From the IMG/VR virus record IMGVR_UViG_3300021957_000006: a stretch of 58,799 nt of DNA; one strand, written 5' to 3'. The DNA comes from an uncultured virus (IMG/VR IMGVR_UViG_3300021957_000006). Taxonomy: Duplodnaviria > Heunggongvirae > Uroviricota > Caudoviricetes. Both the position numbers and the translations under genes were made by a program. Of this stretch, positions 45,653 through 53,814 are shown one piece after another (position 1 is the stretch's first letter; the number at the start of each line of letters is the position of its first letter). Below the pieces are notes generated by a model that saw only the letters and a program-made list of their open reading frames with translations, was not told where the DNA came from and made no database searches.

Positions 45653-46190
45653 TTCTTTAGATATACAGATTGATTATGAGCAGCTATTAAAAGAATTTAC
45701 AGAGATTTTAAAACCTAAAGCTATAAACAATCAATTATCTTTACAAGCTAGAGTAGACACCCCTAAAGATAAGCAATTAACTGAAGGATGTGGTAGTTTA
45801 TATTTTGACTGGGATGCTTATGATGAAAATACTATGGACAAGGTTCCTAAGCATGACGTTGAATTAAACGAAAAAGACTTTGTAGTTGCAGTTGATCTTA
45901 TAAAAAATACTTACACAGAAAAATTGCTATATCTTCTAGTAAAAAAATATAATATACATCGAACCAGACTCATGGGTATGAAATCAAAAGCAGCTTTATC
46001 ATGGCATCGAGATTACAGCAAGCGGTTACATATACCTTTAGTTACTAGCTCTGATAGTTTTATGGTAGTAGAGGATACAAAAATACACATACCCTATGGA
46101 AAAGCCCACATTGTAGACACTACTCTCTACCATACTGCTGTTAATTGCGGGTTAAAGGATAGATGGCATATAGTTGGATGTGTTTCTTAG
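45639..46190 (+). CDS. 2OG-Fe(II) oxygenase, aspartyl/asparaginyl beta-hydroxylase-like
   Basis: RTRLM......LSWHRD...RLHIPL.T, HIP..G....VDT...HTAVN.G...R.HIV. Confidence 0.8.
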   Translation: MMYLNSLDIQIDYEQLLKEFTEILKPKAINNQLSLQARVDTPKDKQLTEGCGSLYFDWDAYDENTMDKVPKHDVELNEKDFVVAVDLIKNTYTEKLLYLLVKKYNIHRTRLMGMKSKAALSWHRDYSKRLHIPLVTSSDSFMVVEDTKIHIPYGKAHIVDTTLYHTAVNCGLKDRWHIVGCVS

Positions 46191-46191
46191 A

Positions 46192-46746
46192 TTAATCTGA
46201 TAGAGGATTGTCTAGAGCTTCTTGCAGTCTTTCGTTGAGTCTCTCTTCAAGTCTGTCCATTTTATTCTCAAGCTCTGTTACAGTTTCTTTCATTACATTA
46301 CGCACGTCTTTTTCAGATGCTCTTACCGTTGCTTCTACTTCTCGAATAGAAGAGGTTACATCTTTACTCTGAGTATTTAGATCGTTACGAACTCCTGCCA
46401 GAGTTGTTTCTATTGAAGCCTGAGTATCCTTTACTCGACGTTCAGAACCATCTACTTTATCTTCCATGCGATCAATGTTGGCTTCAAGTTTAAGAATGTC
46501 ATCTCTCAAACCAGATTTGATATCTCTTGTATAGTCAATAGCTTCATCAAGCTTAGTCTCAATCACATTGTTACGAGCAGCAATAGCATCAGTATCAATG
46601 TTTTGAATAATCTCTTTCATATCCATATAGTCTTTGTAGATCTCAAAACCACCCCAAGCAGCACCGCCAAGAGTAGATAAAGCAGTAAGAAGCGCGAACA
46701 TCTTACCACCAGAAAATTTTAATCCACCAAATTCTACCTCTGCCAT
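46192..46746 (-). CDS. Membrane-anchored coiled-coil protein (last gene of the export operon)
   Basis: N-terminal TM (FALLTALSTLGGAAWGGF), long heptad region, C-terminal ALDNPL. Confidence 0.7.
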   Translation of the reverse strand: MAEVEFGGLKFSGGKMFALLTALSTLGGAAWGGFEIYKDYMDMKEIIQNIDTDAIAARNNVIETKLDEAIDYTRDIKSGLRDDILKLEANIDRMEDKVDGSERRVKDTQASIETTLAGVRNDLNTQSKDVTSSIREVEATVRASEKDVRNVMKETVTELENKMDRLEERLNERLQEALDNPLSD

Positions 46747-46747
46747 A

Positions 46748-47152
46748 TTAGTCCTCGAATTTTAGTTCTCTGAGTTGTTGTAGCTCTCTTTCAAGCTTCA
46801 TCACCTCTAGTTGTTTTTTTCTTAATTCTAATTCATATAATCTATTACAGTCAATTCTTGATTTAGTTCTCTTACCTAGTGGTATTGTTATTCTAGCAAA
46901 TACACCTACATCAGTTTGTTGACCTATAGTAAAATCTCGTTGAGGGTCATAGTACTCTTTGTCTATTATACCTGTTACTCCGAATTCTAAATTAGTAGCA
47001 GACCCGATTGCATTAGAGCAGTCGAGTTCACCAGCACGAAACTTATCTGATTGATAGTTTCCTCCTGTACTTGGCAACTGTAAGTTTAATGATGATGAAT
47101 CAGCGTGTGCTGATACTCCAATCACTGTAAACAATAGTGCTAGTATTCTCAT
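46748..47152 (-). CDS. Exported protein with beta-hairpin and C-terminal coiled coil
   Basis: Signal peptide (SAHA|D), two Cys, GVFARITIPLG, C.RLYELEL. Confidence 0.7.
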   Translation of the reverse strand: MRILALLFTVIGVSAHADSSSLNLQLPSTGGNYQSDKFRAGELDCSNAIGSATNLEFGVTGIIDKEYYDPQRDFTIGQQTDVGVFARITIPLGKRTKSRIDCNRLYELELRKKQLEVMKLERELQQLRELKFED

Positions 47153-47160
47153 AGGTCATC

Positions 47161-47535
47161 TCACTTTACCTTCGAACAGATTCTAGATTTAATCCCAGTC
47201 GACTGTACATCTTGTTTTAATTGTTTAGAAACAGTGCAAACGTATGTAATATTATCCCGATCAGCATCTCTTATATACAACTCAAATGATTTATGTTCTA
47301 AATATCCCATCTTGAGTATTCTATCTGATGTCGCAAATGGAACAAGATTCCAATTTTCATCAAACACATTTATTTCATAATAATTTGCGTCATTTCTTCT
47401 ATTCCACATTTTCATTTTTATAACATATACACCGTCGATATAAGATGTTTCTACCTTAGGATACGTTGGTGTCAGTTCATGAGCAGCAGCGCCAGTAGTA
47501 ATAAGCGCTGCTGTAATTATTGATATTAGTTTCAT
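47161..47535 (-). CDS. Exported Ig-like protein, possibly a PapD-N-like pilus chaperone (start moved to 47535)
   Basis: Signal peptide (AAA|H), LTP.Y, N......Y.I.V.D; C-terminal Cys pair; TAATG coupling. Confidence 0.45.
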   Translation of the reverse strand: MKLISIITAALITTGAAAHELTPTYPKVETSYIDGVYVIKMKMWNRRNDANYYEINVFDENWNLVPFATSDRILKMGYLEHKSFELYIRDADRDNITYVCTVSKQLKQDVQSTGIKSRICSKVK

Positions 47536-48038
47536 TATTTTGCGACACACTCCGCTACAACACTAGCTTTGTACTCACCGCCTGGCAAAGACTTAGCTGA
47601 TCCATACTTAGCTTCTGATTCAATTTTAAACCAAGTTGATCCTGCAAGTGTTAAACCAAATTCTGTATGGTTTTCATACTCTACCTTTGCTGCTTCATAT
47701 GCAGACATACCTGATACAGAATGACTTTTTACTGATGTTTCTCCATCCCAGTTCACAGCATCTGAAAGACTTGGTGATGATGTAAATGAATTTGGCCAAG
47801 AAATCTTAGCCTTATATTTGTCGGCAACTGTAACATCATAACGGACAACGGGGTCTACCCCACCGTCAGCTGCTTTAGTACTTAGTTCATCAGGTGTAGG
47901 GTTACCATAAACACCTGTAGTGTCTGTAAAGATTGAACATTTAGATGAAACGTTACCCACGATGGGCGTTTCGGCGGCCAACACCGCAGAGGATGACACC
48001 AGACCGATTGCACCCAAAGTTAATAATTGCTTGAACAT
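47535..48038 (-). CDS. Exported beta-rich protein, fimbrial/pilin-subunit-like
   Basis: Signal peptide, I.G.V.S.C.I N-terminal strand, C-terminal LPGG.Y.A.V...C. Confidence 0.5.
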   Translation of the reverse strand: MFKQLLTLGAIGLVSSSAVLAAETPIVGNVSSKCSIFTDTTGVYGNPTPDELSTKAADGGVDPVVRYDVTVADKYKAKISWPNSFTSSPSLSDAVNWDGETSVKSHSVSGMSAYEAAKVEYENHTEFGLTLAGSTWFKIESEAKYGSAKSLPGGEYKASVVAECVAK

Positions 48039-48056
48039 ATATTTCTCCTATTGTTC

Positions 48057-48959
48057 TTAGTCGTATTGAGAGCGTACCATTTTTCTATGATTAGCATCTG
48101 ATGCTAAGTTTCTCATAGCTCTCGGGTTGTCAGGCAAAATTGTATCCTCAAGTACCACCGCATCATTATACTCACCACCTGGTATATCTAATATGTAGTA
48201 AGATTCAATTTTTGGGATCTGAGCAAGTGCTGCTAACATTCTGTTTTGCTTTTCTAGATCTACCAAATCGGATATTGAATTCTCTCCACCTAATTTTTTC
48301 TCAAAGTTTGATAACTTTTCTTCTGGTTCTTTAGTTTGTTCTTCTTGTTCTTGTTCATCTTCTTTATCATTTAATGACATATTAGCCTGTACCCATTCAT
48401 TATAAAAAGGATCATCCGGACTAAGGTCTCCCATATTATTTAGGTAATCTAGTAAGGCATCTTGAAACCCTGGACATGAAGGATCTGATAAAGGAGATAG
48501 AGAGCATCTCATAAGTAGCTCATCTACTTCCATTTTATAGTTGTATGTAACTGATGGATCTTCAACTACACCGTCACCTTCAACATCTATAGATCCTTTA
48601 CCCCATCTAGTAGAATCACTGTATGGGAACCTAAAGTATTTTTGTATGTTACCTCCTGGATTTCCTGACCAATCGTCCTTTTGTTCAAATACATATCCCC
48701 CATCTATTGCATCTTCATTTCTTACATATACTACAGCGTCACTTTCAGGATCTTTCACCATCTTATATCTATATGTTAACCCATGAATTTGCAAGGTCAC
48801 ATAAGGACTCGATGCATCAGGAAGTATAGTTCCCATACCCCATGACAGCCCAGCTCCTGCAGCATTACCTGTTACTCCGTAAGTAGTATCAGAGTAACAG
48901 AAGGAGGAAGAGGCTAGCAACAAAACCGCTGCCAAAAAATGTTGACTTCTCGTCTTCAT
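48057..48959 (-). CDS. Exported protein, beta-rich N-domain plus acidic C-region
   Basis: Signal peptide; C..PLSDPSCPG motif. Confidence 0.65.
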   Translation of the reverse strand: MKTRSQHFLAAVLLLASSSFCYSDTTYGVTGNAAGAGLSWGMGTILPDASSPYVTLQIHGLTYRYKMVKDPESDAVVYVRNEDAIDGGYVFEQKDDWSGNPGGNIQKYFRFPYSDSTRWGKGSIDVEGDGVVEDPSVTYNYKMEVDELLMRCSLSPLSDPSCPGFQDALLDYLNNMGDLSPDDPFYNEWVQANMSLNDKEDEQEQEEQTKEPEEKLSNFEKKLGGENSISDLVDLEKQNRMLAALAQIPKIESYYILDIPGGEYNDAVVLEDTILPDNPRAMRNLASDANHRKMVRSQYD

Positions 48960-49461
48960 CTAAATCCTTTAATGGGTTTAAAGACCCTGTATCTGTATCT
49001 GGTTGTAATTCTTTATTCGCTATCCAAGCAGCTTTAGCTTCCGCTCCAATCTTACCATCAAAAGGACATGGAGTCCCTGCATCCATCATCGCAGCAAAAA
49101 CTCTCTCGTCTTGACACATAACAGATACCGCTGCAACTTTCATTCCCATATCATAAAGTACTTTTGCGTTCTTTAGCTTCTCACAGTTCATATCTCTTAC
49201 TGTCTTACCAGCAGAGAAGCCTAAGATTTGCGTCTGCACAGCTCCTGATACTCCTACTGTACATAAGTCAGAATTAGCAGAATTAATAGAAGGAGAGATT
49301 GCAGAAGGAGGAGGAGATCTAACTGTAGTGGTTGAATCACTAGTACTGTTAACCGTACTTGTGTTATTGTTATCTGTGTAGATAACTTCATCACCTGCTT
49401 CTTGAGCGAAGGCCACATTAGCAATACATAAAAAAGATAATATTAATAATACTTTGTTCAT
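48889..49461 (-). CDS. Exported Cys-containing protein with C-terminal membrane anchor
   Basis: Signal peptide (AFA|Q), SPPPSAISP, DLC..G.SGAVQTQILG.S.G, NCE.LK....L..MGMKVAAVS.MCQD.RV..AM..AGTPCP, hydrophobic tail. Confidence 0.7.
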   Translation of the reverse strand: MNKVLLILSFLCIANVAFAQEAGDEVIYTDNNNTSTVNSTSDSTTTVRSPPPSAISPSINSANSDLCTVGVSGAVQTQILGFSAGKTVRDMNCEKLKNAKVLYDMGMKVAAVSVMCQDERVFAAMMDAGTPCPFDGKIGAEAKAAWIANKELQPDTDTGSLNPLKDLDEDEKSTFFGSGFVASLFLLLLL

Positions 49462-49494
49462 TTTTAGTTCCTATCAAAACATAATAAGCAATAG

Positions 49495-49502
49495 TATTTA
49501 TA
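49495..49502 (-). promoter_or_regulatory. Late promoter TATAAATA heading the six-gene export operon
   Basis: Exact match 33 nt upstream of the ATG at 49461. Confidence 0.7.
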
Positions 49503-49507
49503 AGAAT

Positions 49508-49681
49508 TTATTTTTTTATACACACTGCTTGCTGTCCTGCAGGAAAATAACCAGGTCGTCCTGACAGTTCTGCGCCAAGAGCTTCTCTGGCTTGAAAGCA
49601 TTCAGTCATAAATCGATATTGTCCATACTTTTCTACATAAGGAATTTCATCGTAAAGATAAACGAATACAAGAACCCACAT
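49508..49681 (-). CDS. Small hypothetical protein, 57 aa (not in the ORF track)
   Basis: MWVLVFVYLYDEIPYVEKYGQYRFMTECFQARE...QQAVCIKK*; TAATG coupling. Confidence 0.6.
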   Translation of the reverse strand: MWVLVFVYLYDEIPYVEKYGQYRFMTECFQAREALGAELSGRPGYFPAGQQAVCIKK

Positions 49682-50025
49682 TACAGTTCTTCTTTCTTTT
49701 CATCCCAAGGCTGTCGACCACTATAAGGTACCCACTCTGCGCCTGCAACTATTAAACATGACATAGGAGGTCCATCTTGATTTGGAAATGATAAGACAAA
49801 AGCTAATGTACCTGTGTCTTGATTTAAAAATATTTGTGCTGCAGAGGTAAAAGTTTTTCCATCTTTAGAAGCGATCGTACCGGTTCCTTGCAGTAACAGA
49901 GCGTTCTTATATTGTGTCATTATTCTCATTACTTCAGGAGATGGATCACAAGGCACATTTATTTGTATCATATCTGCATATACAGGAGTTGATATTAAGC
50001 CAAGTGCTAATAATAGTTTCTTCAT
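49681..50025 (-). CDS. Exported hypothetical protein (start moved to 50025)
   Basis: MKKLLLALGLISTPVYA signal peptide with GAAAGGA SD; the upstream extension runs through a terminator. Confidence 0.65.
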   Translation of the reverse strand: MKKLLLALGLISTPVYADMIQINVPCDPSPEVMRIMTQYKNALLLQGTGTIASKDGKTFTSAAQIFLNQDTGTLAFVLSFPNQDGPPMSCLIVAGAEWVPYSGRQPWDEKKEEL

Positions 50026-50043
50026 AGTATATCCTTTCTCAAT

Positions 50044-50071
50044 AAAAAAGGGGAGCTCACCATGGCCCCCC
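50044..50071 (-). terminator. Intrinsic terminator after the porin gene
   Basis: GGGGGGC-CATGGTGA-GCTCCCC TTTTTT. Confidence 0.7.
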
Positions 50072-50108
50072 GCGCACTTATTAAGTAGTGACCCTACAGG
50101 TATATAGC

Positions 50109-50501
50109 TTAGAAGCTGAACGTAGCTCCTACTTTTGAGCTTACTGCATCTGATGCATCTACATCCCATGTAGTTTCACCGAACAACTCAAGCCCACCAA
50201 ACATTTCATATGTCGCACCAAAGTTGATTTTTGGATTGTCAAATGCATTGCTTAGTTGGAATTCTTCGTTGTTGTATACTGGTAGATCCATATCGGCTGT
50301 AAGTCCAACACCAAACATTGAGTAGCCGATTTCAGGAGTAATCTTTACTCCAAAGTCTTCTACTGCTTTTCCTGTTGCATCGTTAATTGTGAATGCGGCT
50401 TCTGTTTCTACGCCCCAAGTGATACCTGTTGCTCCAATCTCATTTGCTGAGACTGATGTTGCCGTTACAAGAGCGGCTGTTGCGATTGCTGCAATTTTCA
50501 T
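50109..50501 (-). CDS. Small outer-membrane beta-barrel (porin-like) protein
   Basis: Signal peptide (VSA|N), alternating amphipathic strands, C-terminal VGATFSF beta-signal. Confidence 0.7.
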   Translation of the reverse strand: MKIAAIATAALVTATSVSANEIGATGITWGVETEAAFTINDATGKAVEDFGVKITPEIGYSMFGVGLTADMDLPVYNNEEFQLSNAFDNPKINFGATYEMFGGLELFGETTWDVDASDAVSSKVGATFSF

Positions 50502-50529
50502 TTTTTTCTTCCTAGATTAAGTTAACATT

Positions 50530-50750
50530 ATTAAAGTGCCACATTTCCTGTTGCTAAGCAAGTGGCCAGCTCCCTGTGATTATGCAGCTAGTGCAAATCC
50601 AGATGGTGCAAAATTGTCGTTTGCATTTACGTTTTGTAAACTAGAATACATGTCGATCCTATTTCAGCCCCATCAAAAATACACATCATGTACTTGTGGT
50701 GGAGCTGTCCGGTACTGCCCCGGAGTCCAAATACCCCTTATCGCGCTTAC
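50530..50750 (-). ncRNA. ssrA: Two-piece (circularly permuted) tmRNA, alphaproteobacterial type; tag ANDNFAPSGFALAA
   Basis: Acceptor piece GGACTCCGGGGCAGTACCGGACAGCTCCACCA (CCA ends at 50697), 25-nt spacer, then GGGGCTGAAATAGGATCGAC (from 50671); GGGGCTG/CAGCTCC stem with G3:U70; tag ORF 50624-50580. Outer ends approximate. Confidence 0.93.
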
Positions 50751-50756
50751 CCATTA

Positions 50757-50785
50757 ATTATATAAGAAAGCCCGAAGAAGTGCAA
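50757..50785 (-). promoter_or_regulatory. Early promoter TTGCAC-N17-TATAAT driving ssrA
   Basis: Near-consensus; overlapped by an 11-bp inverted repeat (50770-50780 / 50794-50804). Confidence 0.8.
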
Positions 50786-50840
50786 CTTTTTTTCTTCTTC
50801 GGGCCCTTTTTTTTCAGAGTATGGTATTTTTACCATACTT

Positions 50841-51323
50841 TTAGCCAAAGCGTGCTAGGTACTGACCAATACGACCTACGAATGGGAGTAACATTACAGC
50901 CATTAATAAGTTCATACCTGTATGTGCCATAGCTATTCTAAGCGTGTCTCCCTTGGGAAGCCCATCAGAGACAAAGAGTCCAGCTAACCATATAGTACCA
51001 GTAGTGCCAATATTAGCCCCAAGCACACAAGCTATAGCTGCAGGGAGAGGTAAAGCTCCTGATGCTACGAGAGCAATAATAGCTGTAGTTGATAATGAAG
51101 ATGATTGCCACAACAGAGTCATTATGATACCACCGAAGAACATATACAACGGGTTACCTAGAAACCAGGTAAGATGTTCCATATTACCCATTGACTTCAT
51201 TCCCCCTGAGAATGTTTTAAGTCCAATGTAAAAAATAACAAGCCCTACTAGAGCCGTGATTGCAGGATTACCTAAATCCATTTTCTTTACCTTCTTCCAA
51301 AGTTTCTTTCCTTCGCTCTTCAT
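50841..51323 (-). CDS. Na+/phosphate cotransporter family protein (single repeat)
   Basis: GL.IFY.GL..FS.GM, G...T.L.QSSS..T, A....LGANIGTT.T, R.A.AH...N. Confidence 0.88.
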   Translation of the reverse strand: MKSEGKKLWKKVKKMDLGNPAITALVGLVIFYIGLKTFSGGMKSMGNMEHLTWFLGNPLYMFFGGIIMTLLWQSSSLSTTAIIALVASGALPLPAAIACVLGANIGTTGTIWLAGLFVSDGLPKGDTLRIAMAHTGMNLLMAVMLLPFVGRIGQYLARFG

Positions 51324-51495
51324 TTAAATATTCCTCATACGCTTCTTCGAATCCGTCTTCGTGATAACATATTTCGTGGTTGCCCCACATACGTTTAAAA
51401 TATCCATCATAGCTATCTTCCATAGTTTTTTTATCTACTAAATGCCCTTTAACTATATAGAACATTTTAGCGATATCTCTACCACTGGGGGTCAA
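51268..51495 (-). CDS. Hypothetical protein
   Basis: SYDGYF.RMWGNHE motif; coupled ORF. Confidence 0.6.
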   Translation of the reverse strand: MTPSGRDIAKMFYIVKGHLVDKKTMEDSYDGYFKRMWGNHEICYHEDGFEEAYEEYLNEERRKETLEEGKENGFR

Positions 51496-51737
51496 AATGG
51501 AGGTTCCTCACCTTCGTATGAAGGTTTCCATCCCATAGATGTACCAGTGCGAACTGCATACTCAATTGCAGTTTCTTCTTCCGGCCAAACAACATCTTGT
51601 TTAGACCCATACAGAGCTCTCATATCTTCTGCTGGAAGAATGCCATGCTTAAGCATCCAGCATTCTAGTTCAATAGGTATTTCTTCAGTTGTCTGCATCC
51701 CAGTCACCGTCCCATGTATAAAATAAATGATTGCCAA
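51492..51737 (-). CDS. Hypothetical protein (likely start MQTTEE)
   Basis: C-terminal W.PSY.GEEPPF; coupled ORF. Confidence 0.55.
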   Translation of the reverse strand: MAIIYFIHGTVTGMQTTEEIPIELECWMLKHGILPAEDMRALYGSKQDVVWPEEETAIEYAVRTGTSMGWKPSYEGEEPPF

Positions 51738-52173
51738 TCACCTTAGACAGAACCATATATTTTGCCCAGTTAGGATTGACATAGTTAGCATGATAGTAGA
51801 CTGCTCCTTTAGTAGGATCCTCTACGTTACCTATCATAACATCACGTGCTATAACTTTAGCTTGAAACCAAGCTCTGTTTTCTTTAGGATCTTGATCCTC
51901 AATCATATGAGTCCAGCTAAACTGTTTAGGTTGATAAACAACCTCACAAATAGTAGATCCCCACTCATCGTGCTTAACACGATTCAATGTTACTTGAGCA
52001 ACTGCGATCTGACCTTCTACTCTCTCACCTCTAGCCTCATGATAGATGTTCAAAGCAAGACATTCGTGCTGCTTTGGATCGACAGTAGGAGGAGCCATCA
52101 TCGCTGCTGCTACAATACCTGCAGCAATAGACATGGTTATTAATCCACTTATTATATTTGTTGTTCTGCTCAT
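51685..52173 (-). CDS. Cell wall hydrolase, SleB/Hydrolase_2 family
   Basis: CLALNIYHEARGE...GQ.AVAQV.LNRV...TICEVVYQ..QFSW, DPT.GA.YYHA.YV.P.W, IGNH.FY. Confidence 0.92.
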   Translation of the reverse strand: MSRTTNIISGLITMSIAAGIVAAAMMAPPTVDPKQHECLALNIYHEARGERVEGQIAVAQVTLNRVKHDEWGSTICEVVYQPKQFSWTHMIEDQDPKENRAWFQAKVIARDVMIGNVEDPTKGAVYYHANYVNPNWAKYMVLSKVIGNHLFYTWDGDWDADN

Positions 52174-52177
52174 AAGC

Positions 52178-52208
52178 TATTTATAGTCTCTTTTTTAACT
52201 AAGTGCAA
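52178..52208 (-). promoter_or_regulatory. Hybrid promoter: TTGCAC-N17-TATAAA whose -10 is also a late TATAAATA
   Basis: -35 at 52203-52208; TATAAATA at 52178-52185. Confidence 0.7.
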
Positions 52209-52218
52209 CTGTTTTTTT

Positions 52219-52226
52219 TATAAATA
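52219..52226 (+). promoter_or_regulatory. Late promoter TATAAATA
   Basis: 20 nt upstream of the ATG at 52247. Confidence 0.7.
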
Positions 52227-52246
52227 TACAGAAAAAGGGCATATAA

Positions 52247-52480
52247 ATGGCAGATCAACCTACCCCTATCAGAGATGAAGATACCCCTGAAGGTAAAATG
52301 GAGTTACAATTTAGAGTACTCGGTAACGAAATGATTGGTATAAAGATGATTGTCGATGATATGAAAATGAAATGGGTCTTTATTGGTCTATTATCTATAT
52401 TGGTTATGACATGGGCTGCCGCAGCTTTTGTACCAGTAATTACAGACACACTCTCAGATGAAATAGTAGTAGAAGAGTAA
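52247..52480 (+). CDS. Small late membrane protein
   Basis: Single TM (WVFIGLLSILVMTWAAAAFV). Confidence 0.65.
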   Translation: MADQPTPIRDEDTPEGKMELQFRVLGNEMIGIKMIVDDMKMKWVFIGLLSILVMTWAAAAFVPVITDTLSDEIVVEE

Positions 52481-52483
52481 ACG

Positions 52484-52906
52484 ATGGCTGAGAAAAATTC
52501 ATTTGGAGTAGAAATGGCAACTAAAGAATCTAAAAAACAAGAAGCCAAAATGATGCAGGCTGATTCTATCTATGCTCATCTGGATACAGATGGTGATGGA
52601 ATTATTACTGATGAAGAAATGGCTAGAGCTAAAGAGATAGCAGAGTGGGAGCATCAAAAGAAGATGCGAGAGAACGAAGATGCTAAAGAAGATCAGATTA
52701 GAGCTATGGCTTGGTTTGCTCTTTGGGGTATGCTTCTTTACCCTGTGCTTATCTTAATTACAACTATCTTTGGAGTAGATAGCGCAGCAAAGGTAATCGG
52801 TGATATTGCACCGACATACTTTGTAGCAATCGCAGGACTTGTAGCAGCATTCTTCGGTGCTCAAGCATACTCAAAGGGTAAAGATAAAACACCTCCTAAA
52901 GGTTAA
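52484..52906 (+). CDS. Late two-TM membrane protein with EF-hand-like loop (possible holin)
   Basis: DTDGDGIITDEE loop; MAWFAL.GML.YP and YFVAIAGLVAAFFGAQA helices. Confidence 0.6.
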   Translation: MAEKNSFGVEMATKESKKQEAKMMQADSIYAHLDTDGDGIITDEEMARAKEIAEWEHQKKMRENEDAKEDQIRAMAWFALWGMLLYPVLILITTIFGVDSAAKVIGDIAPTYFVAIAGLVAAFFGAQAYSKGKDKTPPKG

Positions 52907-53400
52907 CTATAAGCGTAACGAATATCGCTGATTAACTCATCAACATCATTTTCGTTAGCTTGATATAACAAACCAATACCCCCAGCTTTATTCCATTTGT
53001 GAATATTGCTGGGCTTATCATCAACTAGAATATTAGGTTCACCAGACAGCCGTTCAGCTGCATACTTCTCCTTTTGTTCAACAAACAATAGGTTAGGAAT
53101 CTCAGGTAAGAACCCATGACGATCTAACCACACTCGTTTCCAATAAGATGAGTTAGGCAGATCTCCAGCAATAGGAGATGAACAAATCCCATAATCACGT
53201 CCGGCAATTGCTCTACATTGATCAACTAACCAACCTGAATTGGAAAACGGATAAAGTTTATTAAACCAATCAGTATTCTTCATAGCCTCAATAGCTGTGA
53301 TAGCATCGGGATGATCTTTCCAATGCTTTAAGTTATGCACGTGTTCGAAGTGCCCAAAGAAGTCAGCGATGACTCCATCCATATCCAAATATAATTTCAT
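52903..53400 (-). CDS. HAD-family 5'(3')-deoxyribonucleotidase
   Basis: LYLDMDGVIADF, ICSSP, K..W, K.KYA, NILVDD...N...W...GG.G. Confidence 0.85.
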   Translation of the reverse strand: MKLYLDMDGVIADFFGHFEHVHNLKHWKDHPDAITAIEAMKNTDWFNKLYPFSNSGWLVDQCRAIAGRDYGICSSPIAGDLPNSSYWKRVWLDRHGFLPEIPNLLFVEQKEKYAAERLSGEPNILVDDKPSNIHKWNKAGGIGLLYQANENDVDELISDIRYAYS

Positions 53401-53618
53401 AGACCTAATATTCTCCTTACTACTACAGGATCATCACTATTCAAAGAACCACCATCGGATATATGATCGATAAACTGCTCGAAGTAAAACTGAGCGTCAG
53501 AATTATCTTCGACTAAGTTAGCAGCAGTACGAAAGAAAGCACGAAGCTTCATATCGTTAAGACCACCATCTCGCATAGCCGCAGGCTTGAACTTACCAGC
53601 ACGTTGATTACTCATCAA
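53397..53618 (-). CDS. Hypothetical protein
   Basis: Coupled ORF. Confidence 0.6.
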   Translation of the reverse strand: MMSNQRAGKFKPAAMRDGGLNDMKLRAFFRTAANLVEDNSDAQFYFEQFIDHISDGGSLNSDDPVVVRRILGL

Positions 53619-53814
53619 ATTTCTCCTCTATATTACGTATATGCTTACACTTGCGAAACGCAGGACACGAACAAGTAAAGCCATTCTCTTTCATTTCAAT
53701 ATTATAGGAACTTTTACCATTTGAGGCAACTGCATTCCATATAGTTCCTATCAAGAAGTTACCTTTAGTAATGATGCTATCAGCAGCAAATACTTTAGGA
53801 CCAAACTTACTCAT
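53608..53814 (-). CDS. SWIM-type zinc-finger protein
   Basis: S.G..Y.I......FTCSCP.F.KCKHI. Confidence 0.7.
   Translation of the reverse strand: MSKFGPKVFAADSIITKGNFLIGTIWNAVASNGKSSYNIEMKENGFTCSCPAFRKCKHIRNIEEKFDE

Noticed and set aside
50536..50932. Plus-strand ORFs 50536-50757 and 50696-50932
   Set aside because: Antisense to the tmRNA gene and its promoter
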